From Acidimicrobiales bacterium (GTDB taxonomy: Bacteria; Actinomycetota; Acidimicrobiia; Acidimicrobiales; Bog-793), in assembly GCA_049514105.1 (NCBI GenBank), contig JBEKVJ010000010.1, forward strand, positions 3,405-67,404: a stretch of DNA of 64,000 nucleotides. Direction: 5' to 3'. The position numbers and the translations under genes are program-made. The notes beneath the pieces are model-generated. The model was not told the origin of the DNA and ran no database searches. It saw only the letters and a list, made by a program, of their open reading frames with translations. Shown here in pieces: positions 27,298 through 36,804 of this stretch; position 1 is the stretch's first letter, and every line of letters begins with the position of its first letter.

Positions 27298-28266
27298 GTG
27301 AGCGCGCGCTATCTGTTACGCAAGACCGCAACCCTGGCTCTGACGCTGTACCTTACTGTTTCGGCCAACTTCCTCCTCTTCCACGTCCTGCCCGGTAGTC
27401 CCGTCCAGCTCCTAGCCCGCTCCGGCCACTACACGGCCGCCGCGCGGGCTCAGCTGGTCAAGCTGTTCGGGCTGAACCACCCTCTGACGACCCAGTACGT
27501 CATATATCTGAACCACATGATCCATGGTGACCTGGGCTTCTCCTACGTGTACCGCCTTCCGGTGACCACGGTGATGGGCTCCGCGGTCGGCAACACTGTG
27601 CTACTGGTCGGCACCGCCACGCTGCTCACCATCGTGATCGGCGTGTGGTTCGGCGTGGTATCGGCGAAGCGGGCCAACTCGATACCGGACGCCTCAATCA
27701 CGGTCATCAGCCTCGGACTGTGGTCCATGCCGGACTTCTTCACCGGGATGATCCTCATCTTCATCGCCGGTGTGTGGACCCACGCTCTACCGGTCTCGGG
27801 CATCGAGACGCCTGGCCTAGCCGCCGACACCTGGGGCCGCGTTCTCGACGTGGCGCGCCACCTCGTGCTGCCGGCCCTCACCCTGGTCCTAGTCAACGCC
27901 GCGGAGTTCTCCCTTATCACTCGAAACAGCCTGGTCGACGCGCTTACGGAGGACTACGTCCTCACCGCCCGGGCGAAGGGGCTCTCGCGTCGAACGATCG
28001 TGTGGCGCCATGCGCTGCGCAATGCTCTCCTGCCCATAACCACTGCGACGGCGCTCTACGTCGGGATGATCCTTGGAGGGGCCATCCAGGTCGAGACAGT
28101 CTTCTCATGGCCGGGCATGGGTCTTCTCATCTACGACTCGGTCGAGCAGCGCGACTACCCCGTCCTTGAAGGCTGCTTCCTCCTGTTCGCCCTGGCGGTA
28201 ATCCTGACGAACTTCCTGAGCGACATCGTCTACCAGATGCTCGACGCCCGGGTGAGGCGGAACTGA
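27298..28266 (+). CDS. ABC transporter permease (DppB/OppB type)
   Basis: 322 aa, six predicted TM segments, BPD_transp_1 EAA-like loop (ARAKGLSRRTIVWRHALRNA). Confidence 0.85.
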   Translation: MSARYLLRKTATLALTLYLTVSANFLLFHVLPGSPVQLLARSGHYTAAARAQLVKLFGLNHPLTTQYVIYLNHMIHGDLGFSYVYRLPVTTVMGSAVGNTVLLVGTATLLTIVIGVWFGVVSAKRANSIPDASITVISLGLWSMPDFFTGMILIFIAGVWTHALPVSGIETPGLAADTWGRVLDVARHLVLPALTLVLVNAAEFSLITRNSLVDALTEDYVLTARAKGLSRRTIVWRHALRNALLPITTATALYVGMILGGAIQVETVFSWPGMGLLIYDSVEQRDYPVLEGCFLLFALAVILTNFLSDIVYQMLDARVRRN

Positions 28267-29165
28267 TGATCACCGCCGAGATTGTGCAGGAAACAGACGG
28301 CGAGTCGCGGCGCTCGCGGCCAGGACTCGCTCGGGAGCTTTGGCACGACCGTATGGGACGCGCGGGCATCGTCATGGCGATCGTGATGCTGCTCATCATC
28401 GGCGTGGGACCGGTGATCTTCCCCTTTAACGCCCAAGCTTTCGGCACCTCGGCGGCGTCTATTCTCCAGGGCCCCTCGCGCGCAGACTGGCTCGGCACCA
28501 CAGAACTGGGCCAGGACGTCTTTCGTGAGTTCCTCGTAGGCGGGCGCATCTCGCTGTACGTAGGGATGTCAGCCACGATCATCGCCATCGTCTTGGGCGC
28601 GGGTCTCGGCCTGGTCTCGGGCTACTACGGCGGCTGGCGCGACACCGTGCTGATGCGCTTCACCGACTTCTTCCTCGTCCTGCCGACGCTGCCTTTGATC
28701 ATCGTGCTGGCGGCCCTGTTCGGGCAGAGCATTCTGGTCACCAGCCTGGTCATCGGCCTCACCAGCTGGCCACAGACCGCCCGCATCATCCGCTCCCAGG
28801 TGCTCTCTCTGCGCGAGCGGCCGCTCGTGTTACGCATCCGCTCCATGGGCGCCCGGGACGTACGCATCATGGGCAAGCACATCCTGCCGAACGTCGCCCC
28901 GTTGATCCTGGCCAACCTCGTTCTCGTTCTCTCGGGCTCGATTCTGGCGCAGGCGGCCCTGGCCTTCCTAGGCCTCGGTGATCCCGTGCAGGTCTCCTGG
29001 GGAACCATGCTCCACAACGCGTTTGACTCGGGGGCCATGAGCGCCGGAGCGTGGTGGTACGTGCTCACCCCCGGTGCGGGCATCGTTGCGCTGGTGCTGG
29101 CCTTCTCGCTGATCGGTCATGCCTTGGACCGCGTTCTCAATCCCCTGCGACGAGGTCGAAGGTGA
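28266..29165 (+). CDS. ABC transporter permease (DppC/OppC type)
   Basis: 299 aa. OppC-type N-terminus and the EAA loop (RSMGARDVRIMGKHILPN). Its start overlaps the upstream stop (TGATG). Confidence 0.85.
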   Translation: MITAEIVQETDGESRRSRPGLARELWHDRMGRAGIVMAIVMLLIIGVGPVIFPFNAQAFGTSAASILQGPSRADWLGTTELGQDVFREFLVGGRISLYVGMSATIIAIVLGAGLGLVSGYYGGWRDTVLMRFTDFFLVLPTLPLIIVLAALFGQSILVTSLVIGLTSWPQTARIIRSQVLSLRERPLVLRIRSMGARDVRIMGKHILPNVAPLILANLVLVLSGSILAQAALAFLGLGDPVQVSWGTMLHNAFDSGAMSAGAWWYVLTPGAGIVALVLAFSLIGHALDRVLNPLRRGRR

Positions 29166-30142
29166 GTCTCCTGGCGATCCACGAACTGAGCGTCGACTAC
29201 GCGCTCGGTGGGGGCTCGCTTCGCGCCGTCGACTCGGTCAGCCTGGAGGTGGAACAAGGCGAGTCCGTGGGTGTGGTGGGCGAGTCGGGTTGCGGCAAGA
29301 CCACACTCGGATTGGCCATTCCCCTGCTGCTCCCAGACAACGCCACAATCCCCCAGGGCTCGATCAAATTGAACGGCGAAGAGCTGGTCGGGTTGTCCGA
29401 GGAGGCGATGCGAAAACATCGGTGGACCGATATCGCCTTCATCTTCCAGGGAGCGATGAACGCCCTCAACCCGGTACAGCGCGTCGACCGGCAGATCCGC
29501 GAAGCCATCCGCGCCCACGAGCCGAAGACCACCAAAGACGAGGCGGACGCCCGAGTACTCAGTCTCCTCGATCTTGTGGGCATCGCGCCCTCGCGCGCTC
29601 GCAGCTATCCCCATGAGTTCTCAGGCGGTATGCGCCAGAGGGCCATGATCGCCATGTCACTTGCGTGCCAACCATCGCTGCTCATTGCCGACGAGCCGAC
29701 CACGGCCCTCGACGTGATCAGTCAGGCCCAGATCCTGGCGCTCCTCGCGTCACTGCAACGCCGCGAGTCACTCAGCTTGTTGATGATTTCCCACGACCTG
29801 GCGGCCATCAAGCGGGTGTGCGGGCGCCTCGTGGTCATGTACGCCGGCATCGTGGTCGAGTCCGGCCCCACGCGGTTCGTGCTGGGCCACGGCGTGCGCG
29901 ACGCCCAAGCCGCTCACCCCTACACCCAAGCCCTCATCCGGTCCCATCCTGACCTCCAAGGCGAGCGGCAGCTAGCGGAGGGCCTCACGGGTCATCCACC
30001 GGACCTGTCGCGCCCACTGGTCGGCTGCCGCTTCGCCGAGCGATGCCCGAAGGCCGAGGACCGCTGCCGCACGATCGCGCCGACCCCGGTGACCCTGGGC
30101 CCGGGCCACCTCGCATCGTGTCACCTGCTGGAGGCAACATGA
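29162..30142 (+). CDS. ABC transporter ATP-binding protein (DppD type)
   Basis: GTG 29162 overlaps the upstream stop. Walker A GESGCGKTT, signature FSGGMRQR, Walker B LLIADEPT, and an oligopeptide-type C-terminal Cys motif. Confidence 0.85.
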   Translation: MSLLAIHELSVDYALGGGSLRAVDSVSLEVEQGESVGVVGESGCGKTTLGLAIPLLLPDNATIPQGSIKLNGEELVGLSEEAMRKHRWTDIAFIFQGAMNALNPVQRVDRQIREAIRAHEPKTTKDEADARVLSLLDLVGIAPSRARSYPHEFSGGMRQRAMIAMSLACQPSLLIADEPTTALDVISQAQILALLASLQRRESLSLLMISHDLAAIKRVCGRLVVMYAGIVVESGPTRFVLGHGVRDAQAAHPYTQALIRSHPDLQGERQLAEGLTGHPPDLSRPLVGCRFAERCPKAEDRCRTIAPTPVTLGPGHLASCHLLEAT

Positions 30143-31161
30143 GCGGGTCCCCCGTCCTTGAGGTGCGCGACCTGGTCGTCCACTTCGAGACCCGACGCGG
30201 CTTTCGCCAGCGCACGACGGTGCGCGCTGTTGACGGCGTCTCCTTCGACATCTCGCAAGGCGAGATCCTCGCTCTCGTCGGTGAGTCGGGCTGCGGCAAG
30301 TCGACGATCGCCATGTCGGTGATGCGTCTCCTGGCGCCGACGAGTGGTCACATCCTGGTCGAGGGTCGAAACCTCGGATCGCTGAAGGGTCGAGAGTTGC
30401 GTCAAACCCGACAGCGGATCCAGATGATCTTCCAGGATCCCTTCGGCTCGCTGGACAGCCGGCAGACGGTCTACGAATCGGTAGCCGAACCCCTGGTGGT
30501 CCACGGACTCGGCCGACAGGCAGGCGAACGGCGGCGGCGGGTGCTAGCTGCCTTGGATCTGGCCCACCTGCGCCCGCCGGAACGCCTGGCTGCCAACTAC
30601 CCCCACGAGCTCTCCGGGGGCCAGCGCCAGCGAGTGGCTATCGCTTCGGCAATGGTGCTCGAACCGGCGCTGGTAATCGCCGACGAACCTGTGTCGATGC
30701 TCGACGTGTCCGCCCGCGCCGGGATCCTGCGGCTGATGATGGACCTGCGCGACCGTACGGGCGTCTCCTACTTGTTCATCACCCATGAGCTCGCCGTCGC
30801 CTGGATGGTGGCCGACAGGCTCGCCGTGCTCTACCTGGGTCGGGTAGTCGAGATCGGTACCTCACCCGAGGTCGTTGCACACCCGTTGCATCCCTATACA
30901 CGAGCCCTTCTGGAGGTGAGTGGCGACGACGACGAGCTCGGCGAGGGCGCAGTGCTGGCAGGTGAGACGCCTTCGGCCGCTCGCGTGCCAGAGGGCTGCC
31001 GCTTTCACCCACGCTGCCCGCGATATGTCGAGCGCGGCCAGCCGGAGGTGTGCCGCACGCAAGACCCGGCCCTTTGTGGGGTGGGCCGGGCCGCGCCGGA
31101 AGAACGCGAGCATCTCGTGGCGTGCCACTTCCCCGACACCGAGAACCGAGGAGCACCATGA
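30139..31161 (+). CDS. ABC transporter ATP-binding protein (DppF type)
   Basis: ATG 30139 in an ATGA overlap. Walker A GESGCGKST, signature LSGGQRQR, Walker B VIADEPVS. Confidence 0.85.
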   Translation: MSGSPVLEVRDLVVHFETRRGFRQRTTVRAVDGVSFDISQGEILALVGESGCGKSTIAMSVMRLLAPTSGHILVEGRNLGSLKGRELRQTRQRIQMIFQDPFGSLDSRQTVYESVAEPLVVHGLGRQAGERRRRVLAALDLAHLRPPERLAANYPHELSGGQRQRVAIASAMVLEPALVIADEPVSMLDVSARAGILRLMMDLRDRTGVSYLFITHELAVAWMVADRLAVLYLGRVVEIGTSPEVVAHPLHPYTRALLEVSGDDDELGEGAVLAGETPSAARVPEGCRFHPRCPRYVERGQPEVCRTQDPALCGVGRAAPEEREHLVACHFPDTENRGAP

Positions 31162-32315
31162 CCGTTACCCCCGACACCGCCGCCCAACTGATCGGCGACC
31201 TGGTGCTGCGCGAGTCCGTCACCCCGTGGCTGGTGCCCGGAGGCGCAGGAGAGGGCGCCGTCGTCGCCTACCTGGCCGACTGGCTCGCCGACCTGCCCCT
31301 AGAGGTGGAGATCACGGAGGTCGCGCCGGGCCGGCCCAACCTACTGGCGACCCTGCGTGGCACGGGCGGAGGTCCTTCACTGTGCCTCAATGCCCATACC
31401 GACACCGTCGGCTACGCCGGTTGGCCGGAGGAGGCGCTTGTACCCCGACGCGACGGCGACCGCCTCTACGGACTCGGTGCGGCCGACGACAAGGGGTGCT
31501 GCGCCGTCGCCCTCATGGTGCTGCGCGCCCTGGCTCTCGACGGCCCGTCCCTGCGCGGCGACCTCGTCTTGGCCTGCGTGGCCGACGAGGAGGGCGTCTC
31601 TCTCGGTTCAGAGCAGCTCGCGCGCGATCGGCGATTCGACTACGCGATCGTGCTCGAGGCAGATGCGCTGCCGCGCGTCGTCGTTGAGCACCAGGGATTC
31701 GGCTGGCTCGACATCGTCGTGCATGGGCGGGCGGCGCACGGCTCGGCGCCCGACGAGGGCGTCGACGCCATCTTGGGACTGGCCGAGGTGCTCACGCGGC
31801 TTCGAGCCTGGGACCGCGACCATTTCGCCACGCCGCCGCTTCCGCGCAACGGTAGGACGGTCTTTCACACCGGCGCTGTGCGCGGAGGGACGGACTACGC
31901 CACTTATCCGAGCGAAGCCACGGTGGGCATCGAGATCGGCACGCAGCCGGGCGAGACACTTGCGATCCGCGTCGCCGAGATCGAGGCCCTCATCGCTGAG
32001 GTCGCCGACGAGATGACCGGGATGCGCGGCGAGGTCGTCGTCCGCCTGGAGCGAGAGCCGTTCAAGGCCGCCGGTCACGAAGCGCTGTTGGCGGCGCTCG
32101 ACCACGCCGCCATAAAGCGGCTGGGTCACCGCCTCGAGCCGGTGGGCCTGAACGCCTGGACCGACGCCGCCCTCCTGCAATCGGCCGGCACCCCCACGGT
32201 GATGTTCGGCCCCTTGGGCGGTAACCTCCACAGCCCCCACGAGTGGGTATCGCTCCCGGAGGTGGTAGCCACGGTCGACCTCGTGACAGCTGCCGCGACG
32301 ACGCTGCTCAGATGA
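31158..32315 (+). CDS. M20 family metallopeptidase (ArgE/DapE/dipeptidase type)
   Basis: ATG 31158 in an ATGA overlap. NAHTDTV, GLGAADDKG, ADEEG and HSPHEW motifs of the M20 family. Confidence 0.8.
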   Translation: MTVTPDTAAQLIGDLVLRESVTPWLVPGGAGEGAVVAYLADWLADLPLEVEITEVAPGRPNLLATLRGTGGGPSLCLNAHTDTVGYAGWPEEALVPRRDGDRLYGLGAADDKGCCAVALMVLRALALDGPSLRGDLVLACVADEEGVSLGSEQLARDRRFDYAIVLEADALPRVVVEHQGFGWLDIVVHGRAAHGSAPDEGVDAILGLAEVLTRLRAWDRDHFATPPLPRNGRTVFHTGAVRGGTDYATYPSEATVGIEIGTQPGETLAIRVAEIEALIAEVADEMTGMRGEVVVRLEREPFKAAGHEALLAALDHAAIKRLGHRLEPVGLNAWTDAALLQSAGTPTVMFGPLGGNLHSPHEWVSLPEVVATVDLVTAAATTLLR

Positions 32316-33964
32316 CCGACCGCCTCCTCAGCGACGCCGCGGCAGCGACCCGGGACTGGCTCGCTCCCATGCTCGACGAGGCGCGCCGCTTCTACCCCGT
32401 CCCGGGAGGCGTCGTGTCAATAGCCGACCTCGACGGCGCAGTGACGAAGGTGGCGTTCGGCGAGGACGTCGCCGGGGTCCCCATGACCACCGACCGGGCC
32501 TTCGCAATCGGTTCCATCAGCAAGTTCTTCACCGCCCTCGTCGTCGACGCCGTCGTCCAGGAGGGGAAACTGCGCTTCGACGATCCGATCGGATCGCTCC
32601 TCACCTGGGCAGAGCTACCCGGTGAGTTGGGTGACATCCCATTGGCCGCGCTGCTCACCCACACGGGGGGCCTCCCGCTCGGCGGCGACGTCCTGCCCGA
32701 CGACGCGGGCGAGATCGCGACAGCCCGCTGCCTAGAGCGAGCGGGCGCCGCGAGGCGCTTTCACTACTCCAACCTCGGTTATCTGATGCTCGGCGAGGCC
32801 GTTCTCGCCGCCACCGGGCGCCCTCTCGCCGACCACGTCGCCGCACGGCTCCTCTCGCCGCTCGGTTTGCACGCGGCCCGATCGCAGGCGACCCACGCGG
32901 AACGCGCGACGATGGCCACGGGCCACTGGTCAGTCCGCCCCGACCGCCCCTGGGTGCCCGGCGACGCGCTTGAGACCGCGCCCTTCTTCGAGCTCGACTC
33001 AGCGAGCGGCAACCTAACGGCGACAGTGGCCGATATGGACCGCTTCGGTGCTGCAGTTCTGTCGGCCCATGCAGGCGCACCGGCACCCGCCGGTTCTGCG
33101 CTCACCCCCGAGTCGCTGGCCCGTGCTGTCAGCGACCTCGCGCCCGGTGGCGAGCCCGTCTATGCGGTCCCCGGCATCCCTCCCGCCTCAAGCAGCCGCT
33201 ACGGCCGCGGCATCAACGTGGAGGCGCTCGACGGATCCACCTGCCTGACGCACGGTGGAGGCATGGTCGGCTACTCCACTTTCTGGTTGGTCGACGTCGG
33301 GCGCGGCTTCGCCGTCACGGTGCTCACCAACGCGAACGGCAACTCCCCGGCTGCTCATCTCTTGGCCCGAGCTACGCACGCCGCCGTCGTCGGACACCTC
33401 TCCGCTGACGTGCCAACGATTACCCTTGACACGCGCGTCCACGGCCCCCTGGCCGGCGAAGGTCGCTTCATGGGACGAAACGGCGTGCTCGAGGTGCGCG
33501 GCGGGCGCGACGGCGCCCAGGTGCACCTGGCCGGCTCGCGCGGCACACTGTTCTTCCCACCCGGGGGCCGCACGGTATCGGACCACCCCCAGTTGCGCAC
33601 GTTCCCTCTGGACTACGACCCGGACGATGACGCGTGGACCTGGGGTCGCCTCACATGGCGTCGCGACGGCGGGGCTGTCGACGAAGAACCCCCGCACCCG
33701 CTCGAGGGCCACTACCGCTCCTATTCACCGTGGTATCGCGAACTGCGCATCTATCGTCGCTCCGGGCGCCTCTACCTAGCGGCGGGCGACGATGTGGAGG
33801 CGCCCGCGGACGAGCTCGCCCTCGTCGAGCTGAGCGACGGCCGCTGGCGCGTCGGAGAGGATCCCTGGCTGCCCGAGCGGCTCGTTGTCGGACCGCTTCG
33901 TCACGGCAGTGTGGCCGTCATCACCCGTGACGCCTGCCCCTACTCAAGAGTTTTCAGTCCCTGA
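32312..33964 (+). CDS. serine hydrolase of the beta-lactamase/D-aminopeptidase (DAP-like) family with a ~200-aa C-terminal extension
   Basis: ATG 32312 in an ATGA overlap. SxxK (SISK), YxN (YSNLGY) and HGG motifs, plus an extra C-terminal beta-rich region. Confidence 0.75.
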   Translation: MTDRLLSDAAAATRDWLAPMLDEARRFYPVPGGVVSIADLDGAVTKVAFGEDVAGVPMTTDRAFAIGSISKFFTALVVDAVVQEGKLRFDDPIGSLLTWAELPGELGDIPLAALLTHTGGLPLGGDVLPDDAGEIATARCLERAGAARRFHYSNLGYLMLGEAVLAATGRPLADHVAARLLSPLGLHAARSQATHAERATMATGHWSVRPDRPWVPGDALETAPFFELDSASGNLTATVADMDRFGAAVLSAHAGAPAPAGSALTPESLARAVSDLAPGGEPVYAVPGIPPASSSRYGRGINVEALDGSTCLTHGGGMVGYSTFWLVDVGRGFAVTVLTNANGNSPAAHLLARATHAAVVGHLSADVPTITLDTRVHGPLAGEGRFMGRNGVLEVRGGRDGAQVHLAGSRGTLFFPPGGRTVSDHPQLRTFPLDYDPDDDAWTWGRLTWRRDGGAVDEEPPHPLEGHYRSYSPWYRELRIYRRSGRLYLAAGDDVEAPADELALVELSDGRWRVGEDPWLPERLVVGPLRHGSVAVITRDACPYSRVFSP

Positions 33965-34026
33965 GTACCGTATGAAGCCACGTCGCTGAGCCGGGAGGAG
34001 TCGTCATCACCCTCTACGAAAAGACG

Positions 34027-34734
34027 ATGGAGTTTGTGCGCCGGTTGATCGCCGACCGAGAGTTGGGCCCGGGCGACCAGCTCCCCAGTGAGGTCGAGAT
34101 CGCCGCCATGGCGGGCGTCAGCCTCATGACCGTGCGCAGGGCGATGTCCGAGCTTGGCGCCGCGGGAACCCTCCAGCGCATCCAGGGCAAGGGAACCTTC
34201 GTCAGGTCCACTCGCATTCACGCCGAGTCCACCATCATGGGCGGCCTCAAGCAGACCCTGGCCCTACAGGGCGTCTCGCTACGCACATTGGTGATGTCCT
34301 TCGCCGAGGAGTCGGCGGACAAGGACGTGGCCGCCCGCCTGTCGATCCCGGCGGGCACTGCGGTGTGGCGGATCGTCCGGGTTCGCTTTGTCGACGACCG
34401 GCGCGCCGTGCGCGAGGTTGCTGTGATCCCGCGAATCCTCGCCCCCGATCTGGACGCCCGCTTCGCTCGGGAGGAACAGAGCCTCTACGAGGTGCTTGCA
34501 CGGGACTACGGGCTCAACGAAACCAACGAGGAGCAGACTCTAATCGGCCGGCTTGCTACTCCTACCGAGGCCAGCGATTTGGCACTCGGCGTCGGGTCCT
34601 TCGTAGTGGAGATCACCGGCGTCTCAGGCTCCTCCAGCGGAACCGCCTTCGACTCGTTCACGATGGTCTTCGTGCCCAGCCTGTTCGCCTTCCGCCTGCG
34701 TTCAGCCCCGATGGCCGATCCCGTGGTCCTCTAG
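34027..34734 (+). CDS. GntR family (HutC/UTRA subfamily) transcriptional regulator
   Basis: 235 aa. GntR wHTH (GDQLPSEVEIAAMAGVSLMTVRRAM) and a UTRA-like C-terminal domain. Confidence 0.8.
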   Translation: MEFVRRLIADRELGPGDQLPSEVEIAAMAGVSLMTVRRAMSELGAAGTLQRIQGKGTFVRSTRIHAESTIMGGLKQTLALQGVSLRTLVMSFAEESADKDVAARLSIPAGTAVWRIVRVRFVDDRRAVREVAVIPRILAPDLDARFAREEQSLYEVLARDYGLNETNEEQTLIGRLATPTEASDLALGVGSFVVEITGVSGSSSGTAFDSFTMVFVPSLFAFRLRSAPMADPVVL

Positions 34735-34885
34735 GTCGGCACGAGAGCCGCCTCGCTTAAGACCATCAAAATCGCTTACGCCGATGTTCAACGAGGTCGC
34801 CGAAGCTGCCCGGCGCTCGAGTATCTGGAAGGTATGAGACTCGAAGTCGCCTTGCTACTGCTTCGAGGCGCCAGCGACGCGTCGG

Positions 34886-34959
34886 TGGGGCTAACTGGAC
34901 TCGAACCAGTGACCTCAGCATTATCAGTGCTGCGCTCTAACCAACTGAGCTATAGCCCC
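34886..34959 (-). tRNA. tRNA-Ile (anticodon GAU)
   Basis: Minus-strand read GGGGCTATAGCTCAGTTGGTTAGAGCGCAGCACTGATAATGCTGAGGTCACTGGTTCGAGTCCAGTTAGCCCCA folds as a canonical cloverleaf: acceptor 7 bp, D stem GCTC/GAGC, anticodon stem CAGCA/TGCTG with loop CTGATAA, T arm ACTGG/CCAGT. CCA is not fully encoded (ACCG). Confidence 0.93.
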
Positions 34960-35141
34960 TCAAGGTGTTCTGCCCGTCATTCTTATCATGATGATCACCG
35001 CGTGGTGCCACTGCCGCGCCTCGCTGAGGGAGTGATCTCCTGAGCAGAGCGCGGCTGCGACAGGCCCGGCCGCGTTCCTACAACTACTAAGCGTCCACCC
35101 GCCGGTCTGAGTCCGGAGCTCGCGTCAGGATCGATCGCGGA

Positions 35142-36797
35142 TCACTCAGACACTGCACCGCCGGACTCGCTCCAGACGCTGGCCTGTCCAGGCGTCGGCC
35201 CATCGAGTGGGCGGTAGTTGACTCCGATCGCCGCCAACCGGTCGAGATGCCGGGCAAGGCGCTGCTCGAACTCTTCATACGACTTGGGTTGCCCGGCGGT
35301 CTCGGTGCTCCAGACGATCTCGGCGAAGGCCGACAGTCGCGGGAAGTACAGGTACTCAGCGCGAACTGGCGTCGTCACGTACTCGGTCCAGAGCTGACAC
35401 TGGGCCCCGAGCACTTGATGTCGCTGCTCGGGTTGCAGAGCTGCCGAGACCGGCTCGTACATATAGACCTTCTCGACATCTGTCGCACCAGGGCTGCCCT
35501 TTGGCTCTGCGGGATCCGAGGAGTACGGTCGGTCGAAATAGAGCCAATCTTGCGCGGCCATCACGACGCGATGCCCGGCACGCGCGGCTTTGACGGCGTC
35601 ATCCTCGCCCCGCCACGACATCGCGATCGAACCCTCTGGGGCACCGCCTTCGAGAATCTCAGCCCACCCGACGAGCGTTCGTCCGCGCCTGGCGAGATGC
35701 TCAGCCATCCGGGCGGTGAACCAACCTTGGAGCTGTCGTAATTCGGTAAAGCCCTGCTCGTGCATGATCTGCTTCGCGCGAGGGCTCGTCGCCCACTCGA
35801 CGGTCGGGCACTCGTCGCCGCCGACATGAAAGCACGTCCACGGGAAGATGTCGGCAACCTCGTCGATGACGTCGGTGCAAAAGCGGACCGTCTTCTCCTC
35901 GAGGTTGAGGATGTGATTGGAGACGCCCCAGGTCGTGCGGACCTGTAACCGTCTCCCCGTATTGCCAAGCTCGGGATATGCAGCGATCGCGGCCGCCATA
36001 TGACCCGGCATGTCGATCTCAGGAAGTACGTTCACATGTCGTTCGGCCGCGAACCCAACGATCTCCTCGAGGTCCTCGCGGGTGTAGAACCCACCGTGCG
36101 GGATGCCGTCAAACAGTCCCTCTCCTTCACCACCAACGGAGGACTCCCTACGCCAAGCGCCGATCTCGGTGAGCAGTGGATAGCGCTCGATGGGGATCCG
36201 CCAACCTTGGTCATCGGTGAGGTGAAGATGCAAGACGTTGCACTTGTGCAGGGCGATCAGGTCGATCAACTTGAGGATGAAGGACTTAGGCATGAAGTGC
36301 CGACACACGTCGAGGTGTACACCACGCCAGGAAAATCGGGGCGCATCGAGGATCTCGGCTTCGAGAACGGGGATCGCGCCAGAGCGACCTGCCCGTCGAA
36401 ACACCGAGTCGGGTAGCAATTGGCGAAGGGTCTGAAGCCCGTAAAACGCGCCCGCACCGCTCGGGGACGTGATGGCAACTCTGCCCCGGTTAGAACTGAG
36501 ACGGTAGGCGTCGCGACGGGTCGCCGCGGGAATGAGGGCATCGAGGCCGTTCGGCAGGACTTCGAATTCACCGAGTCTCAGCTCGATCGTTGCTGCCCCG
36601 GGCCGCTCGGTCGCGGCGAGATTGACTACCCATCCCGTGGCGGCCTCAAGCACCTGGCGAAACCATCGAGCCTCCGCGACAAGTGCCGGTGCGTGTGCGA
36701 TAAGGAGGCCGTCGGACAAAACTGCGCCGCTCACACCGTGCTGGCCCGTCGTGACGCTCAACGGGCGAGGAATGATTGAAACGGGCACTGCTGTCAT
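35142..36797 (-). CDS. beta-N-acetylhexosaminidase (GH20)
   Basis: Start moved to ATG 36797, 7 nt after the upstream stop. GH20 catalytic-domain motifs (RFSWRGVHLDVCRHF, HLHLTDDQGWR, HVGGDE). Confidence 0.85.
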   Translation of the reverse strand: MTAVPVSIIPRPLSVTTGQHGVSGAVLSDGLLIAHAPALVAEARWFRQVLEAATGWVVNLAATERPGAATIELRLGEFEVLPNGLDALIPAATRRDAYRLSSNRGRVAITSPSGAGAFYGLQTLRQLLPDSVFRRAGRSGAIPVLEAEILDAPRFSWRGVHLDVCRHFMPKSFILKLIDLIALHKCNVLHLHLTDDQGWRIPIERYPLLTEIGAWRRESSVGGEGEGLFDGIPHGGFYTREDLEEIVGFAAERHVNVLPEIDMPGHMAAAIAAYPELGNTGRRLQVRTTWGVSNHILNLEEKTVRFCTDVIDEVADIFPWTCFHVGGDECPTVEWATSPRAKQIMHEQGFTELRQLQGWFTARMAEHLARRGRTLVGWAEILEGGAPEGSIAMSWRGEDDAVKAARAGHRVVMAAQDWLYFDRPYSSDPAEPKGSPGATDVEKVYMYEPVSAALQPEQRHQVLGAQCQLWTEYVTTPVRAEYLYFPRLSAFAEIVWSTETAGQPKSYEEFEQRLARHLDRLAAIGVNYRPLDGPTPGQASVWSESGGAVSE

Positions 36798-36804
36798 CCG
36801 GTGG

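Noticed and set aside
34700-35150. rRNA operon or genomic-island boundary next to tRNA-Ile
   Set aside because: Flanking sequence has no 16S/23S-like segments, no repeat of the tRNA 3' end and no mobility genes.
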